Below, in pieces: positions 27,856 to 37,750 of a DNA stretch of 64,000 bases. Location of the stretch: the NCBI GenBank assembly GCA_035447925.1, contig DAOTHY010000001.1:108300-172299 (forward strand). The letters are read 5' to 3'. The stretch is from Thermotogota bacterium. GTDB lineage: Bacteria > Thermotogota > Thermotogae > MWEM01. Each line of letters starts with the position of its first letter. The stretch's first letter is position 1. A program made the translations under genes and the position numbers. Below the pieces are notes generated by a model. That model had not been told where the DNA came from, made no database searches, and saw nothing but the letters and a program-made list of their open reading frames with translations.

Positions 27856-28941
27856 ATGATGAACAATAAGTTTTTTGTGATCTTGATCATAGTTGTTCTA
27901 TTAGGATGCTATTCTTTTTCGAATTCTTTAAGAATCGCTTGCTTAATTAACGGTGAATTAGGTGATAAATCCTTTTTCGATTCTGCAGCAAAGGGGTTAG
28001 ATATGATTGAACAGCGAGTAAACGCTCAAACAAAAATTGTTGAAATGCAATATAACACGGCTGTATGGGAGCCCACGCTGGATGATATTTCAAGCCTTGG
28101 GTATTACGATCTGATCGTGGCGGGGACTTGGCCGATGGTTGATCCGGTTACAAGAATCGCACAATATTATCCTGATAATCACTATATTATTTATGATGCG
28201 AAGATTGATTTTTCTCAGGGGAATTTGAACAATGTTTATGCTATATCTTACAAACAAAACGAAGGTGCTTTTTTAGCCGGAGCTTTAGCTGCTTTAGTTT
28301 CCGGTTCTAAAGATATAAAATATACCAGAGATACCAACACGATTGGCGTCTTAGGAGGTGTAGATTCACCAATTGTCAATGATTTTATCATCGGGTATAT
28401 CAAAGGGGCTCAGTATGTGGATGAAAACATCAAAGTGTTAGTATCATATGCCGGTGTTTGGAATGATCCTGTCAAAGGAAAAGAATTAGCCAACGTCATG
28501 TATCAAAATGGGGCAGATGTAATTTTTAATGTAGCGGCCAATACAGGGAATGGTATTTATCCTGCTGCTGTAGAGCATGATGCTTGGGCTATTGGGGTTG
28601 ATTCCGATGTTCATTTGCTTTTTGAAGACTCTCATCCTGAGTTTAACGAACATATCTTAACATCTATGCTGAAGGATATCGGGCTTTCACTATTCAAGGC
28701 AGTTGAGCTTTACAAAGAGGGAAAACTGGAATTTGGCAGCAACTGTGTGATGGGAATCAAAGAAGAAGTAATCGGATTAGCATACAATGATTATTTTACT
28801 CAATTTTTGAATGAAAATCCGAATATTGCCTATCAACTACAAATGATAAAGGAACAGTTGTTAAGTTCTCAGATCAAAGTTCCCACCGCTATTGGAAAAT
28901 CAACTCAGGAAATATATGGTATAATTAATTCAGCTAATTGA
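27856..28941 (+). CDS. BMP-family (PnrA/Med-like) ABC transporter substrate-binding lipoprotein
   Basis: Signal peptide with a lipobox-like LLGCYS. The periplasmic binding fold resembles basic membrane protein/nucleoside-binding proteins. Confidence 0.65.
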   Translation: MMNNKFFVILIIVVLLGCYSFSNSLRIACLINGELGDKSFFDSAAKGLDMIEQRVNAQTKIVEMQYNTAVWEPTLDDISSLGYYDLIVAGTWPMVDPVTRIAQYYPDNHYIIYDAKIDFSQGNLNNVYAISYKQNEGAFLAGALAALVSGSKDIKYTRDTNTIGVLGGVDSPIVNDFIIGYIKGAQYVDENIKVLVSYAGVWNDPVKGKELANVMYQNGADVIFNVAANTGNGIYPAAVEHDAWAIGVDSDVHLLFEDSHPEFNEHILTSMLKDIGLSLFKAVELYKEGKLEFGSNCVMGIKEEVIGLAYNDYFTQFLNENPNIAYQLQMIKEQLLSSQIKVPTAIGKSTQEIYGIINSAN

Positions 28942-29035
28942 TGGATATGACAAATGAAAATCTGCTAAACTTGATTAGATACGAATGAGGATATAATGAG
29001 CCTCAATGATTATGATTGTGTGAAAGGAGTTTGAT

Positions 29036-29464
29036 ATGTCGAAAGCCAAAATGGGAGATACGGTTCAAGTACACTATACCGGTTCATTGGAGGATGGTAC
29101 ACAGTTTGATACCTCTTTGGAAAGAGAACCATTAGAATTCAAAATAGGAGGTCATCAGGTGATACCGGGGTTTGAAAATGCAGTGATTGGAATGGAAAAG
29201 GGTGAAAAAACAACCATCAGAATTCCACCTGAGGAAGGTTATGGAGAATACGATGAAAAACTCAGGTTTATTTTTGATAAATCTCAATTCCCAAATGACT
29301 TGGAATTGGAACCGGGGTTAAGATTAAATGTTCCGGGTGAAGGAGGCAAGGTTGCGTTATTCACTGTTGTAGATATTCTCGGTGATGAGGTTATTCTGGA
29401 CGGCAATCATCCCTTGGTCGGTCAAACACTCATTTTTGATTTGGAGCTAGTAGGGATCTTATAA
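29036..29464 (+). CDS. slyD: FKBP-type peptidyl-prolyl cis-trans isomerase (SlyD-like)
   Basis: GDTVQVHYTGSLEDGTQFDTS...FKIGGHQVIPGFENAVIGM matches the FKBP domain with an inserted-flap region. Confidence 0.8.
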   Translation: MSKAKMGDTVQVHYTGSLEDGTQFDTSLEREPLEFKIGGHQVIPGFENAVIGMEKGEKTTIRIPPEEGYGEYDEKLRFIFDKSQFPNDLELEPGLRLNVPGEGGKVALFTVVDILGDEVILDGNHPLVGQTLIFDLELVGIL

Positions 29465-29568
29465 TATTCTATTAGGAAATTGAACCCTTTGAATGAATTT
29501 GATGATTCTTTGCGTCTGATAATGATAGCAGTTGTTGGTGTCGATATAATCATAAAGGGGGTCGTTAT

Positions 29569-29710
29569 TATGAGATTTACCGTCGATTATTTAACAGGAG
29601 ATACAATCAAATCGGTCCATGTAGATGCAGCGAACCAAAAGGAAGCAAAGATAAAGATTAAAAAGAAACTAGGAAAAGAAAAAATTGTAGGGGTAAAAGT
29701 ACAAAATTGA
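29569..29710 (+). CDS. Small lysine-rich hypothetical protein (46 aa)
   Basis: ATG preceded by AAGGGGG. It is followed immediately by a strong terminator. I place the start at the internal Met of the 76-aa ORF. Confidence 0.35.
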
Positions 29711-29716
29711 TAGAAG

Positions 29717-29745
29717 AAAAGGTGCTGAAAAGCACCTTTTTTATT
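29717..29745 (+). terminator. Rho-independent terminator
   Basis: Hairpin AAAAGGTGCT-gaaa-AGCACCTTTT followed by a T-run. Confidence 0.75.
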
Positions 29746-29818
29746 GGATTGTCTGACAGTAAAAATTGCATTTTTCAACACTTTGTGATAGCATAAAGTG
29801 TATGATTAGGGGGGGATT

Positions 29819-30427
29819 ATGGCGGTTAAAAATGTTATTTTTGATATTGGAGGGGTCCTTTTAGAGTGGAATCCCATGAAATTATTGACTTCAATGTTTG
29901 ATGTCAAAAGAGCAGAAATATTAAAGGCAAACATGATGGATTCTACTTATTGGGCTGAATTAGATAGGGGAACTTTCAGCATCAATCAAGCAGTCACGTT
30001 ATTTTCTCAGAAAATACCCGAACTAACAGAAGAAATTAGATATGTCTTAACAGCGATGATCAATTATCTTCCGGTTATCCAAGAGAATGTGAACATTCTT
30101 TATGAGCTTTCAAAGGCAAATTACCGGCTCTTTGTTTTGTCCAATTTCCAACGTGAGGGTTTCTCTGAAGCTTATAGAAAACATGATTTTTTTAAACTTT
30201 TTGATGGATTGGTCATTTCATCGCATGAGAAAATGATTAAACCAGAAAAACAAATATATGATCTGATACTCAACCGTTATTCTCTTGTCCCTTCAGAGAC
30301 AGTATTCTTCGATGACTCGTTTGAAAATATCAACAAGGCAAATCAAATGCATATCATAGGCGTTCATACACCCACCCCTTCGCAGCTAAATCATTATTAT
30401 TTAAAAGAATTAAAAAGGAATAAATAA
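29819..30427 (+). CDS. HAD-superfamily hydrolase, subfamily IA
   Basis: N-terminal DxG motif (VIFDIGGVL) and C-terminal FFDD. Confidence 0.7.
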   Translation: MAVKNVIFDIGGVLLEWNPMKLLTSMFDVKRAEILKANMMDSTYWAELDRGTFSINQAVTLFSQKIPELTEEIRYVLTAMINYLPVIQENVNILYELSKANYRLFVLSNFQREGFSEAYRKHDFFKLFDGLVISSHEKMIKPEKQIYDLILNRYSLVPSETVFFDDSFENINKANQMHIIGVHTPTPSQLNHYYLKELKRNK

Positions 30428-30428
30428 C

Positions 30429-31553
30429 ATGTTCTTTGAATCCATAGTGGAATGGTTTATTTACTCTAATCTTGCTATGATCAATATGATGGCACAATAT
30501 TTCGAAAATGCGCAGTTCTCGCCTTTACAAATAGGTGCACTCATGTCGATCGTACCAGGAATGGCTTTGATCGCCAATCCATTTTGGTTTAGTCTAAAAA
30601 GAAGGGTTGGCGAGAAAAAAACGTTAAAGTACCTTACCCTTATCCCAGCTGTTTTAGTTTGGGGCATTTATCTTTTACCAGGTTTTTCCCCAAAGTTGAT
30701 TGCTTTAATTCTTTTTGGCTTTTTTGCCAGTTCAATAGTACCCATTGGAGAAGCCGGAGTCATGGAATCATTAATGGCAAAGGGTTTTCATTTAGATAAA
30801 GCAAGGTTGATGGGGACGATCGGTTTCTCAAGTATCTCTTTTGTGTCTGGATTTCTCTTTGAAATTAGTTTTGTTTTTATGTTTATTATTTCAACTGCAG
30901 CCCTTGTATTAACTTTTTGTTTCTCAAAAAAACTGCAGACGTATGAAATGGTTAGTCAGAGAAAATATACAACCGATAACTCAGGGAACTCAAAGACTTT
31001 TTTATTTATGCTATTAACGGCTACGATTGGTATCATGGGAATCTCTTTTTGTGGTTCTTTTTTACCTTTGCTTGTTTCTCAAAAAGGGTTCCCTGATAGT
31101 ACCGTGGGTATTAGTTTTGCTGTACTTTCTATTTGTGAAGTGCCTTTTTTATTGTTTGCAAAAACCATCATTAAAAGAACAGGTTCTCTTTTTTTAGTAG
31201 CAACCGGGATTCTTGCTATTGGAATCAGATTAATCATAACGCCTTTGGCTCAAACACCTCTACAACTTGTATTAACGCATATCTTACATGGTTGGAATTA
31301 TATCGTGATCTACTATGCTATTTTTAACTATATTCATTTCAAGATTCCCGAAAAGCGTGCAAACAAAGCGCAAGCAGCTTTTTGGATGATTATTCAAGGT
31401 GGAGGTTTTTTGGTCGGGTATCTCGGGGGAGGGATCATGGTTGAACTCTTTGGACTGATAAGTACCTATCAAATTCTTTCAGTGATGATGTTCATCTTAT
31501 CAGTTCCTCTTTTTGTATGGTATTTTGCAACTTTATTTGGAGGTTCAAAATGA
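30429..31553 (+). CDS. MFS transporter
   Basis: 374 aa with about 12 TM helices. Its stop overlaps the next gene start (ATGA). Confidence 0.7.
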   Translation: MFFESIVEWFIYSNLAMINMMAQYFENAQFSPLQIGALMSIVPGMALIANPFWFSLKRRVGEKKTLKYLTLIPAVLVWGIYLLPGFSPKLIALILFGFFASSIVPIGEAGVMESLMAKGFHLDKARLMGTIGFSSISFVSGFLFEISFVFMFIISTAALVLTFCFSKKLQTYEMVSQRKYTTDNSGNSKTFLFMLLTATIGIMGISFCGSFLPLLVSQKGFPDSTVGISFAVLSICEVPFLLFAKTIIKRTGSLFLVATGILAIGIRLIITPLAQTPLQLVLTHILHGWNYIVIYYAIFNYIHFKIPEKRANKAQAAFWMIIQGGGFLVGYLGGGIMVELFGLISTYQILSVMMFILSVPLFVWYFATLFGGSK

Positions 31554-32827
31554 AAAAAACCATTCTTGCATATACGGTTATCCTTATGATTCTTGTACTT
31601 ATATTGTATTTTTTTTCCATGTCTTGGATGAATTTTTTATTTCGTCCCAACCTTAATAAAGAACTTGAAATTCTTATTTCAGAGCAACCAATGTTACATC
31701 CAAAGATTAGTGAGAAACAAGTGTCAGACTTTACCAATGCAGTTGAGTTGGTTTCTGGAAAAATTGGTTTGTTTACCGATCATTTTAAATATTTTGAGAA
31801 GTTAGCTCCAGCCTTTACGTTTTTTCAAGATACGTTTACCTATTTGGATTTCTGGGAGGGAACACTTCACTCCGCTTCGGTTTTTCCCTGTCTCTTTTTT
31901 TATAGAGGAGGAAAGGTGTTGGTCCGGGAGTCGATTGGGAATCGTGTTCCTCCTGGAGCTGAGATTAAAGCAATTAATGACCAGCCTATTGATGAGATAA
32001 TGAAATATTATCAACAATTCGTTTATGCCTCATCCGCTGAAGAAAGAAGTTTCTGGGTTATTGAAAGGGATTTGCTAAATTACTATCCGGAATTTTTCAA
32101 AGCGAAAGAGTTTCTGATTAAATATGAACATAATGGAACGGATTATCAAGAGAGCGTTGAAAGCGTGCCTTGGAAGGAGTTTAACTCATGGAGACAGCGG
32201 ATCCAATCAGAGGTCTATCGTTTCAAACAACAAGGTGATTTAGCGGTCTTAAAACTTTATGATTTATCCTATGCTGAACAAACTGTTCATAAAATTAAAG
32301 AAATAATGCTTCAAATTATCGATTCAAAGGCATCAAAGCTACTCATTGACTTAACAGATACAAAAGGAATAGGCGATAACTATTATTCGCTTCAAATGCT
32401 TTTATCGTTTCTATCAGGAAAAGAAGATTATTTGATCCAAAAACAAACTACTCGATATACTCAGCAGTCAGATGCGTTTGCGGTGATTCAACAGAATGAA
32501 ATTTTTCAAGGTGATGTGTATTTTTTGATTAGTGACTACTCAATATATCCGTATATCTCGACTCTGATTTCCTTTTGTCAACGAACACATACTGGACAAT
32601 TCATCGGAGAGCAACCCTTGAGTTTGGAATCCTTTTTATCAAATCCCAATCATGAACCTCTTTACATCTCTTATCTTATTCCTAAGGTATGCAGAACATA
32701 CAATGAAATTCAGTCGATAAATGATGAGGAATACATCGTTAAATATTTTTCACTAGCTAATGAAGATTATCTGGAACTAATGTTTTTTACCAAAGATTAT
32801 CTTTCATATTTATCAGATTTTAAGTGA
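31550..32827 (+). CDS. Membrane-anchored PDZ/peptidase S41-like protein (catalytic serine motif not conserved)
   Basis: N-terminal TM anchor. The PDZ-like segment (GGKVLVRESIGNRVPPGAEIKAINDQPIDE) is followed by a region resembling the S41 DLR.N.GG core, but without a GSASASE-type motif. The ATG at 31550 follows GGAGG. Confidence 0.45.
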   Translation: MKKTILAYTVILMILVLILYFFSMSWMNFLFRPNLNKELEILISEQPMLHPKISEKQVSDFTNAVELVSGKIGLFTDHFKYFEKLAPAFTFFQDTFTYLDFWEGTLHSASVFPCLFFYRGGKVLVRESIGNRVPPGAEIKAINDQPIDEIMKYYQQFVYASSAEERSFWVIERDLLNYYPEFFKAKEFLIKYEHNGTDYQESVESVPWKEFNSWRQRIQSEVYRFKQQGDLAVLKLYDLSYAEQTVHKIKEIMLQIIDSKASKLLIDLTDTKGIGDNYYSLQMLLSFLSGKEDYLIQKQTTRYTQQSDAFAVIQQNEIFQGDVYFLISDYSIYPYISTLISFCQRTHTGQFIGEQPLSLESFLSNPNHEPLYISYLIPKVCRTYNEIQSINDEEYIVKYFSLANEDYLELMFFTKDYLSYLSDFK

Positions 32828-32926
32828 TCCAGTAAACGATATGGTAAAATAGTCTATCAAAAAAAGATGTATAATTTCGAGTATTGCCAGTTTTCAAAAA
32901 GATTTTTTTTTGAGTCATGAAGGAGC

Positions 32927-33661
32927 GTGTTTATCGTGGATAATCAATTATCGATATTGCTTGCTGAGGACGATTTAATCAGCCGAAGGTTGATAAAAAT
33001 TCTCATTGAGAAATTGGGGCATAAGGTTTTTGTAGTAGAAAACGGCAAAAAAGCCTTCGAAGCATACCAAACAAACCAATATGATTTGGTTCTGATGGAT
33101 ATTCAGATGCCTTTGATGGATGGATTGGAATGCACGAAAAAAATTAGAGAATTCGAACAGCATACAAATCGATTACCTGTTACAATCATTGCGGTAACAG
33201 CTCATGCCATGATTGGAGATAAAGAAAAATGTATAAAGGCAGGTATGGATGATTACATCACCAAACCGATTGAAGAAAAGGTGTTAATGGAAAAAATCGA
33301 TAAACTTCGTTTGAATCAAACAAAGACATTAAAAACAGGTAATATTGAATTACTAAATAAGCTTTTTGACAATAGCTCAGATGTTCGGGAGATTGTTTCA
33401 GACTTTTTGGAGTATTATCCGCATCAGTTAAGCTTAATTAAACAAAAAGCAAAGGAAAAATCATTTGATGAGTTTGCTGAGCTTGTACACAAGCTCAAAG
33501 GTAGTACATCAAACTTTGAAGCGGAGAAAGTTGTAGACACTCTGAAAAAACTGGAAGTTTATGCTGGACAATCCGATCAAGCGTCTATAGAAAAGTTACT
33601 GCTGACACTTGACACTGAACTTGAATCTTTAAAGCATTATCTCCATAAATATCAAAAGTAA
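32927..33661 (+). CDS. Response regulator receiver (REC) fused to C-terminal HPt phosphotransfer domain
   Basis: REC motifs are present (ILLAEDD, DLVLMDIQMP, IIAVTAHA, KPI). The C-terminal HKLKGSTSNFEAEKV matches the HPt HxxKGS phosphorylatable-His motif. Confidence 0.7.
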   Translation: MFIVDNQLSILLAEDDLISRRLIKILIEKLGHKVFVVENGKKAFEAYQTNQYDLVLMDIQMPLMDGLECTKKIREFEQHTNRLPVTIIAVTAHAMIGDKEKCIKAGMDDYITKPIEEKVLMEKIDKLRLNQTKTLKTGNIELLNKLFDNSSDVREIVSDFLEYYPHQLSLIKQKAKEKSFDEFAELVHKLKGSTSNFEAEKVVDTLKKLEVYAGQSDQASIEKLLLTLDTELESLKHYLHKYQK

Positions 33662-33685
33662 TTGATAACGGATCTGGAGGCAAAA

Positions 33686-34852
33686 ATGGTCAATAACAAA
33701 AACTACAAAGGTTATATCAGAACTTTTTCGCAGTTTGTCTTTATTAAGGATAATGAAAAGTCTGAAAAGGATTTTCCTGGTGCAAAAAAGGCGCTGGATA
33801 TCTTTAAAAACCTTTTGACAAATTATGGTCATAAAGTCCAAAAAACAGAACTATGTGAAATATTTTGGCCAGATATGAGTGAAGAAAAAGCAAAACAAAA
33901 CCTCTCTTCAAATTTGTACTACTTAAGAAAAGGTCTGGATAAGATATTTGAAAAGGAATCGTTTGGTAAATTTTTTATCAGATCCAATTCTCATGTTTGC
34001 TGGTTAAATAAGCCCCCTGAAATGGGATTGGATTTTGAGGTTTTTGAAGAACTAATTGAACAAGGGGACAGTCAATCCAATCAGGCTCTGAAAAAACGTT
34101 ACTATTTCGATGCCTTGGAAATTTATACAGGTGATTATTTACCTTTTTCAAATTACAATTGGGCGATACGAAAAAGAAAGGAATACCAGGAAAAGGCAAT
34201 TCATGTTATTCTCAAATTGATCGGAATGGATGATGTGCTTTCTGAAAATGAAAAAGAGAATTTATTTGAGAAAGGGTTCTCAATCGCTCCATTAAACGAA
34301 GTATTGGTTCTAAAGAAACTTGAATTTTTAAGACAACAAGATAAGGTTTTAGACATAATCAAGGTTTTCAAAGATTTTAAAAATAGACTTGAGTCTGAAG
34401 TATCCATAGCAGTTCCCCGAGAAATTGAACTCTTTATGGCTGATATTCTTAAAAGAAATACTGTTTCAAAAGTACCAAATGAATTTAAAGCCCATCAGAA
34501 TTATGTGGAAATAAATGAGTTGCAAAAACTGATCTCTTTTGAGTTAAATGCCAGGAATCCAAAAACACTTTTATTGTCGGTGAATCTTCTGAATGGCTTG
34601 GAAAACCAAAAGGATATCAAAAAAATGTCAGAACATCTGTTTAGAAGTGTTAGAGGCGGAGACCGCATTTCATATTCGAATAACCATTTATTTATTCTTT
34701 TTACTGAGATACAAAAGATCGATTTGCCAAGCCTGATTGAGCGTTTTTATCCGTATTTTGAAAAATATTTTAAAGAAACGGGTGCAAAATACAAGTGGCA
34801 TGAAATTAAACATAAAAAAACGAAATTGATAACATATGGCGAATGGAAATGA
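33686..34852 (+). CDS. Hypothetical regulatory protein: N-terminal BTAD/SARP-like region, C-terminal degenerate GGDEF-like segment
   Basis: LYYLRKGLDKIF and YYFDALEIYTGDY resemble the bacterial transcriptional activator domain. The C-terminal RGGDRISYSNNHLFILF resembles a degenerate GGDEF core. The ATG at 33686 follows GGAGG. Confidence 0.4.
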   Translation: MVNNKNYKGYIRTFSQFVFIKDNEKSEKDFPGAKKALDIFKNLLTNYGHKVQKTELCEIFWPDMSEEKAKQNLSSNLYYLRKGLDKIFEKESFGKFFIRSNSHVCWLNKPPEMGLDFEVFEELIEQGDSQSNQALKKRYYFDALEIYTGDYLPFSNYNWAIRKRKEYQEKAIHVILKLIGMDDVLSENEKENLFEKGFSIAPLNEVLVLKKLEFLRQQDKVLDIIKVFKDFKNRLESEVSIAVPREIELFMADILKRNTVSKVPNEFKAHQNYVEINELQKLISFELNARNPKTLLLSVNLLNGLENQKDIKKMSEHLFRSVRGGDRISYSNNHLFILFTEIQKIDLPSLIERFYPYFEKYFKETGAKYKWHEIKHKKTKLITYGEWK

Positions 34853-34871
34853 AAAATGAGGTGAAAGGGAC

Positions 34872-36149
34872 ATGCTTGATGTAAAAGAATTGAGAATCAA
34901 TCCAGAGCGGATTAAAAGAGCAATGGAAACAAGAAATGAAGATCCTGGACAAATTGATGCAATCATTTCTTTGGATGAGTCCAGGCGCGAAATCATACAA
35001 AAAGCGGATGAGTTAAAGGCTCAGAGAAATATACTTTCAAAAGCGGTTGCCAAATTAAAATCATCCGGTAAGAACGAAGAAGCCAACAAGAATATTGAAG
35101 AAAGTAAAGAAATAGGGAATAAAATAAAAGAATATGATGACCAATTGAGGGAAATAGAAATACAGCAAGAAGCAATGGTTTCCCGATTGCCAAATATTCC
35201 ATCGGAAAAAGTCACTATCGGTAAAGATGAGAAAGACAATGTGGAAGTTCTAACATGGGGAGAACCAAAGGAGTTCGATTATGAACCAAAGCCGCATTGG
35301 GAAATCGGTCCTGAACTCGGAATGATGGACTTTGAAAGAGCTTCAAAAATGAGTGGAGCGAGGTTTGTTGTTCTGACCGATGGAATTGCAAGATTAGAGA
35401 GGGCTTTGATTAATTTCATGCTGGATTTTCATATTCAAAACGGGTATAAAGAGGTTAATATTCCGTATCTTGTTAAAAGAGAAACCATGTATGCAACCGG
35501 TCAGTTACCCAAATTTGAAGAAGAGGCCTATAAAACAACCCCGGATGATATGTTCCTGATACCGACAGCGGAAGTTTTTCTGGCAGGAATGCATAAAGAT
35601 GAAATCATGGAAGAGCAAGACCTGCCGTTAAAATACTGTGCCTATTCAGCGTGTTTCAGAAGAGAAGCCGGCAGTTATGGCAAAGACGTCAGGGGGATGA
35701 TCCGTGTTCATCAATTTGAAAAAGTAGAGCTGGTTAAATATACTAAACCTCAAGATTCTTTTGATGAACTGGAACGATTAACGAACGATGCGGAAGGGAT
35801 ATTAAAGGCTTTGGAATTACCCTACAGAAAGATTATGTTATGCACGGGTGATATGGGATTTGGTTCAGCCATGACGTATGATTTAGAGGTATGGCTTCCA
35901 TCATACAATAGTTATAAAGAAATCTCGTCATGCTCCAATGATACTGATTTTCAAGCAAGACGCGCAAATATGCGATATAGGAACAAAGAGAACAGGTTAG
36001 AGTTCCTTCATACATTAAACGGCTCGGGACTGGCTGTGGGGAGAACGTTAGTCGCTATTTTGGAAAACTATCAAAACAGAGATGGTACGGTTAGCATTCC
36101 AGGAGTTTTAAAGGGATATATGGGAGGGGCAGAAAGGATTTTCGGATAA
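34872..36149 (+). CDS. serS: Serine--tRNA ligase
   Basis: N-terminal coiled-coil ([12 protein letters not shown]) and class II catalytic motifs ([33 protein letters not shown]). Confidence 0.9.
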   Translation: MLDVKELRINPERIKRAMETRNEDPGQIDAIISLDESRREIIQKADELKAQRNILSKAVAKLKSSGKNEEANKNIEESKEIGNKIKEYDDQLREIEIQQEAMVSRLPNIPSEKVTIGKDEKDNVEVLTWGEPKEFDYEPKPHWEIGPELGMMDFERASKMSGARFVVLTDGIARLERALINFMLDFHIQNGYKEVNIPYLVKRETMYATGQLPKFEEEAYKTTPDDMFLIPTAEVFLAGMHKDEIMEEQDLPLKYCAYSACFRREAGSYGKDVRGMIRVHQFEKVELVKYTKPQDSFDELERLTNDAEGILKALELPYRKIMLCTGDMGFGSAMTYDLEVWLPSYNSYKEISSCSNDTDFQARRANMRYRNKENRLEFLHTLNGSGLAVGRTLVAILENYQNRDGTVSIPGVLKGYMGGAERIFG

Positions 36150-36249
36150 TTTGAACTTTCATCTTTTTGGGGGAGTCTAAATATCTGTAGTATCAATAAA
36201 AACAAACCCCTCAAAAAGATGAATAAAAATATGAAACCCCTCACATTTA

Positions 36250-36282
36250 AAAGCGGACATTACCCCCTCGTCCGCTTTTGTG
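36250..36282 (+). terminator. Rho-independent terminator after serS
   Basis: Hairpin AAAAGCGGAC-attaccccctc-GTCCGCTTTT. Confidence 0.65.
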
Positions 36283-36403
36283 ATGATGGTTGACCAGTTT
36301 TTTTAAAATACTTAGATTGAAGTGAAAATTATGGTCTGCCTCAGATGTCTTTTTTTTTAAATGATATCGACGGTCATCGTCTAGAAATGAAAGGAAGTTG
36401 TGA

Positions 36404-37690
36404 ATGAGAATGTCATCTGATCAAGAAATGCTTGATTTACTAAAGAAAGAAGTTATACCGGCATTGGGCTGTACAGAACCGATAGCGGTTGCATTGGCAG
36501 CAGCTAAAGGAAGAGAAACTCTGGGAGAAGAAACAGGGAAAGTCCATGTATTTGTCAGTCCTAATTTGTTCAAAAATGGAATGGGAGTGGGAATTCCTGG
36601 GACTGGAATGGTTGGTCTACATATGGCTGCTGCATTAGGAGCATGTGGAGGAGAATCCAAATATGGGTTAGAAGTACTCAAGCATGTGAGAAAGGAACAC
36701 ATAGAACTGGCTAAACAAAAGCTTGAGCGAAATGAAATAGAAATTGAAATTAAAAAACATTCCAATCCTCTGTTTGTTGAATGCATCTGTTATAACAAAA
36801 ACATGACTCACGAGACAAAAGTTGTTATACAGGAGGAGCATTCGAATATTTCTTTGATAGAAAGAGACAATCGAATCTTATTTCAAAAAGAAGCCGGTGA
36901 TTTAAAAGACAGTAGTGAAAATATCAATGAGAAATTAACAGTGGATCAGATCATCAATTTTTCAATAACTGTTCCGATCCAAACATTATCCTTTTTAACA
37001 AAGGCAGTGCAGATGAACATGGCAATTTCAAAAGAAGGTTTGGAAGGTGACTATGGACTAAAAATCGGAAAGACCATGCTTTTACAATCCAATCATGATG
37101 ATTATCATTCGTGTCTATCATCATATGTTGTTGCTTTGACAGCATCAGCAGCCGATGCCAGAATGTCAGGCTGCGTGCTTCCTGCAATGAGTAATAGTGG
37201 AAGCGGAAATCAGGGAATAAATGCAACAATCCCCATTGTTGTTTACGCTCAGAAAATGCATATCGAAGAAGAGAAAATGTTGAGGAGTCTTGCGATGAGT
37301 CATCTTTTAGCTATTCACATCAAATCATATTTGGGAAGACTTTCAGCGCTTTGCGGTATAGTCGCTGCATCAACGGGAGTAGCAGCAGGTTTAACTAATT
37401 TAATGGGTGGCTCCAAGGAAGCAATTGTTCTATCAATGAAGAATCTGATTGCAAACTTGACGGGGATGATTTGTGATGGGGCAAAGCCAGGATGTGCTTT
37501 AAAGGTTGCATCCGGTGTCAATGCTGCTTATCTTGCTGCAAGATTAGCAATTGCCGGCAATGGTGCTACCGAGAATGACGGGATAATCGAAGAAGATATA
37601 GAAAATACAATAAAAAATCTTGCCAATATCGGTTCTCAAGCCATGAAAATAACAGATGAGTATATTTTAAACATCATGGTATGTAAATAA
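36404..37690 (+). CDS. L-cysteine desulfidase family protein (UPF0597/YhaM-like, serine dehydratase-like fold)
   Basis: The GCTEPIAVALAAA motif is characteristic of the YhaM/CdsB family. The protein is 428 aa. Confidence 0.65.
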   Translation: MRMSSDQEMLDLLKKEVIPALGCTEPIAVALAAAKGRETLGEETGKVHVFVSPNLFKNGMGVGIPGTGMVGLHMAAALGACGGESKYGLEVLKHVRKEHIELAKQKLERNEIEIEIKKHSNPLFVECICYNKNMTHETKVVIQEEHSNISLIERDNRILFQKEAGDLKDSSENINEKLTVDQIINFSITVPIQTLSFLTKAVQMNMAISKEGLEGDYGLKIGKTMLLQSNHDDYHSCLSSYVVALTASAADARMSGCVLPAMSNSGSGNQGINATIPIVVYAQKMHIEEEKMLRSLAMSHLLAIHIKSYLGRLSALCGIVAASTGVAAGLTNLMGGSKEAIVLSMKNLIANLTGMICDGAKPGCALKVASGVNAAYLAARLAIAGNGATENDGIIEEDIENTIKNLANIGSQAMKITDEYILNIMVCK

Positions 37691-37750
37691 TCATGTTCTT
37701 TAAGAAAAAGACAAACAAAACGAATACAAGTCAAGGAGTTTTAAAAATCG

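Noticed and set aside
36283-36403. Possible riboswitch/T-box leader between serS terminator and the cysteine desulfidase-family gene
   Set aside because: It contains only a T-run and short imperfect inverted repeats (GACGGTCATCGTC). It has no specifier/T-box motif and no recognisable riboswitch core, and is too short to call.
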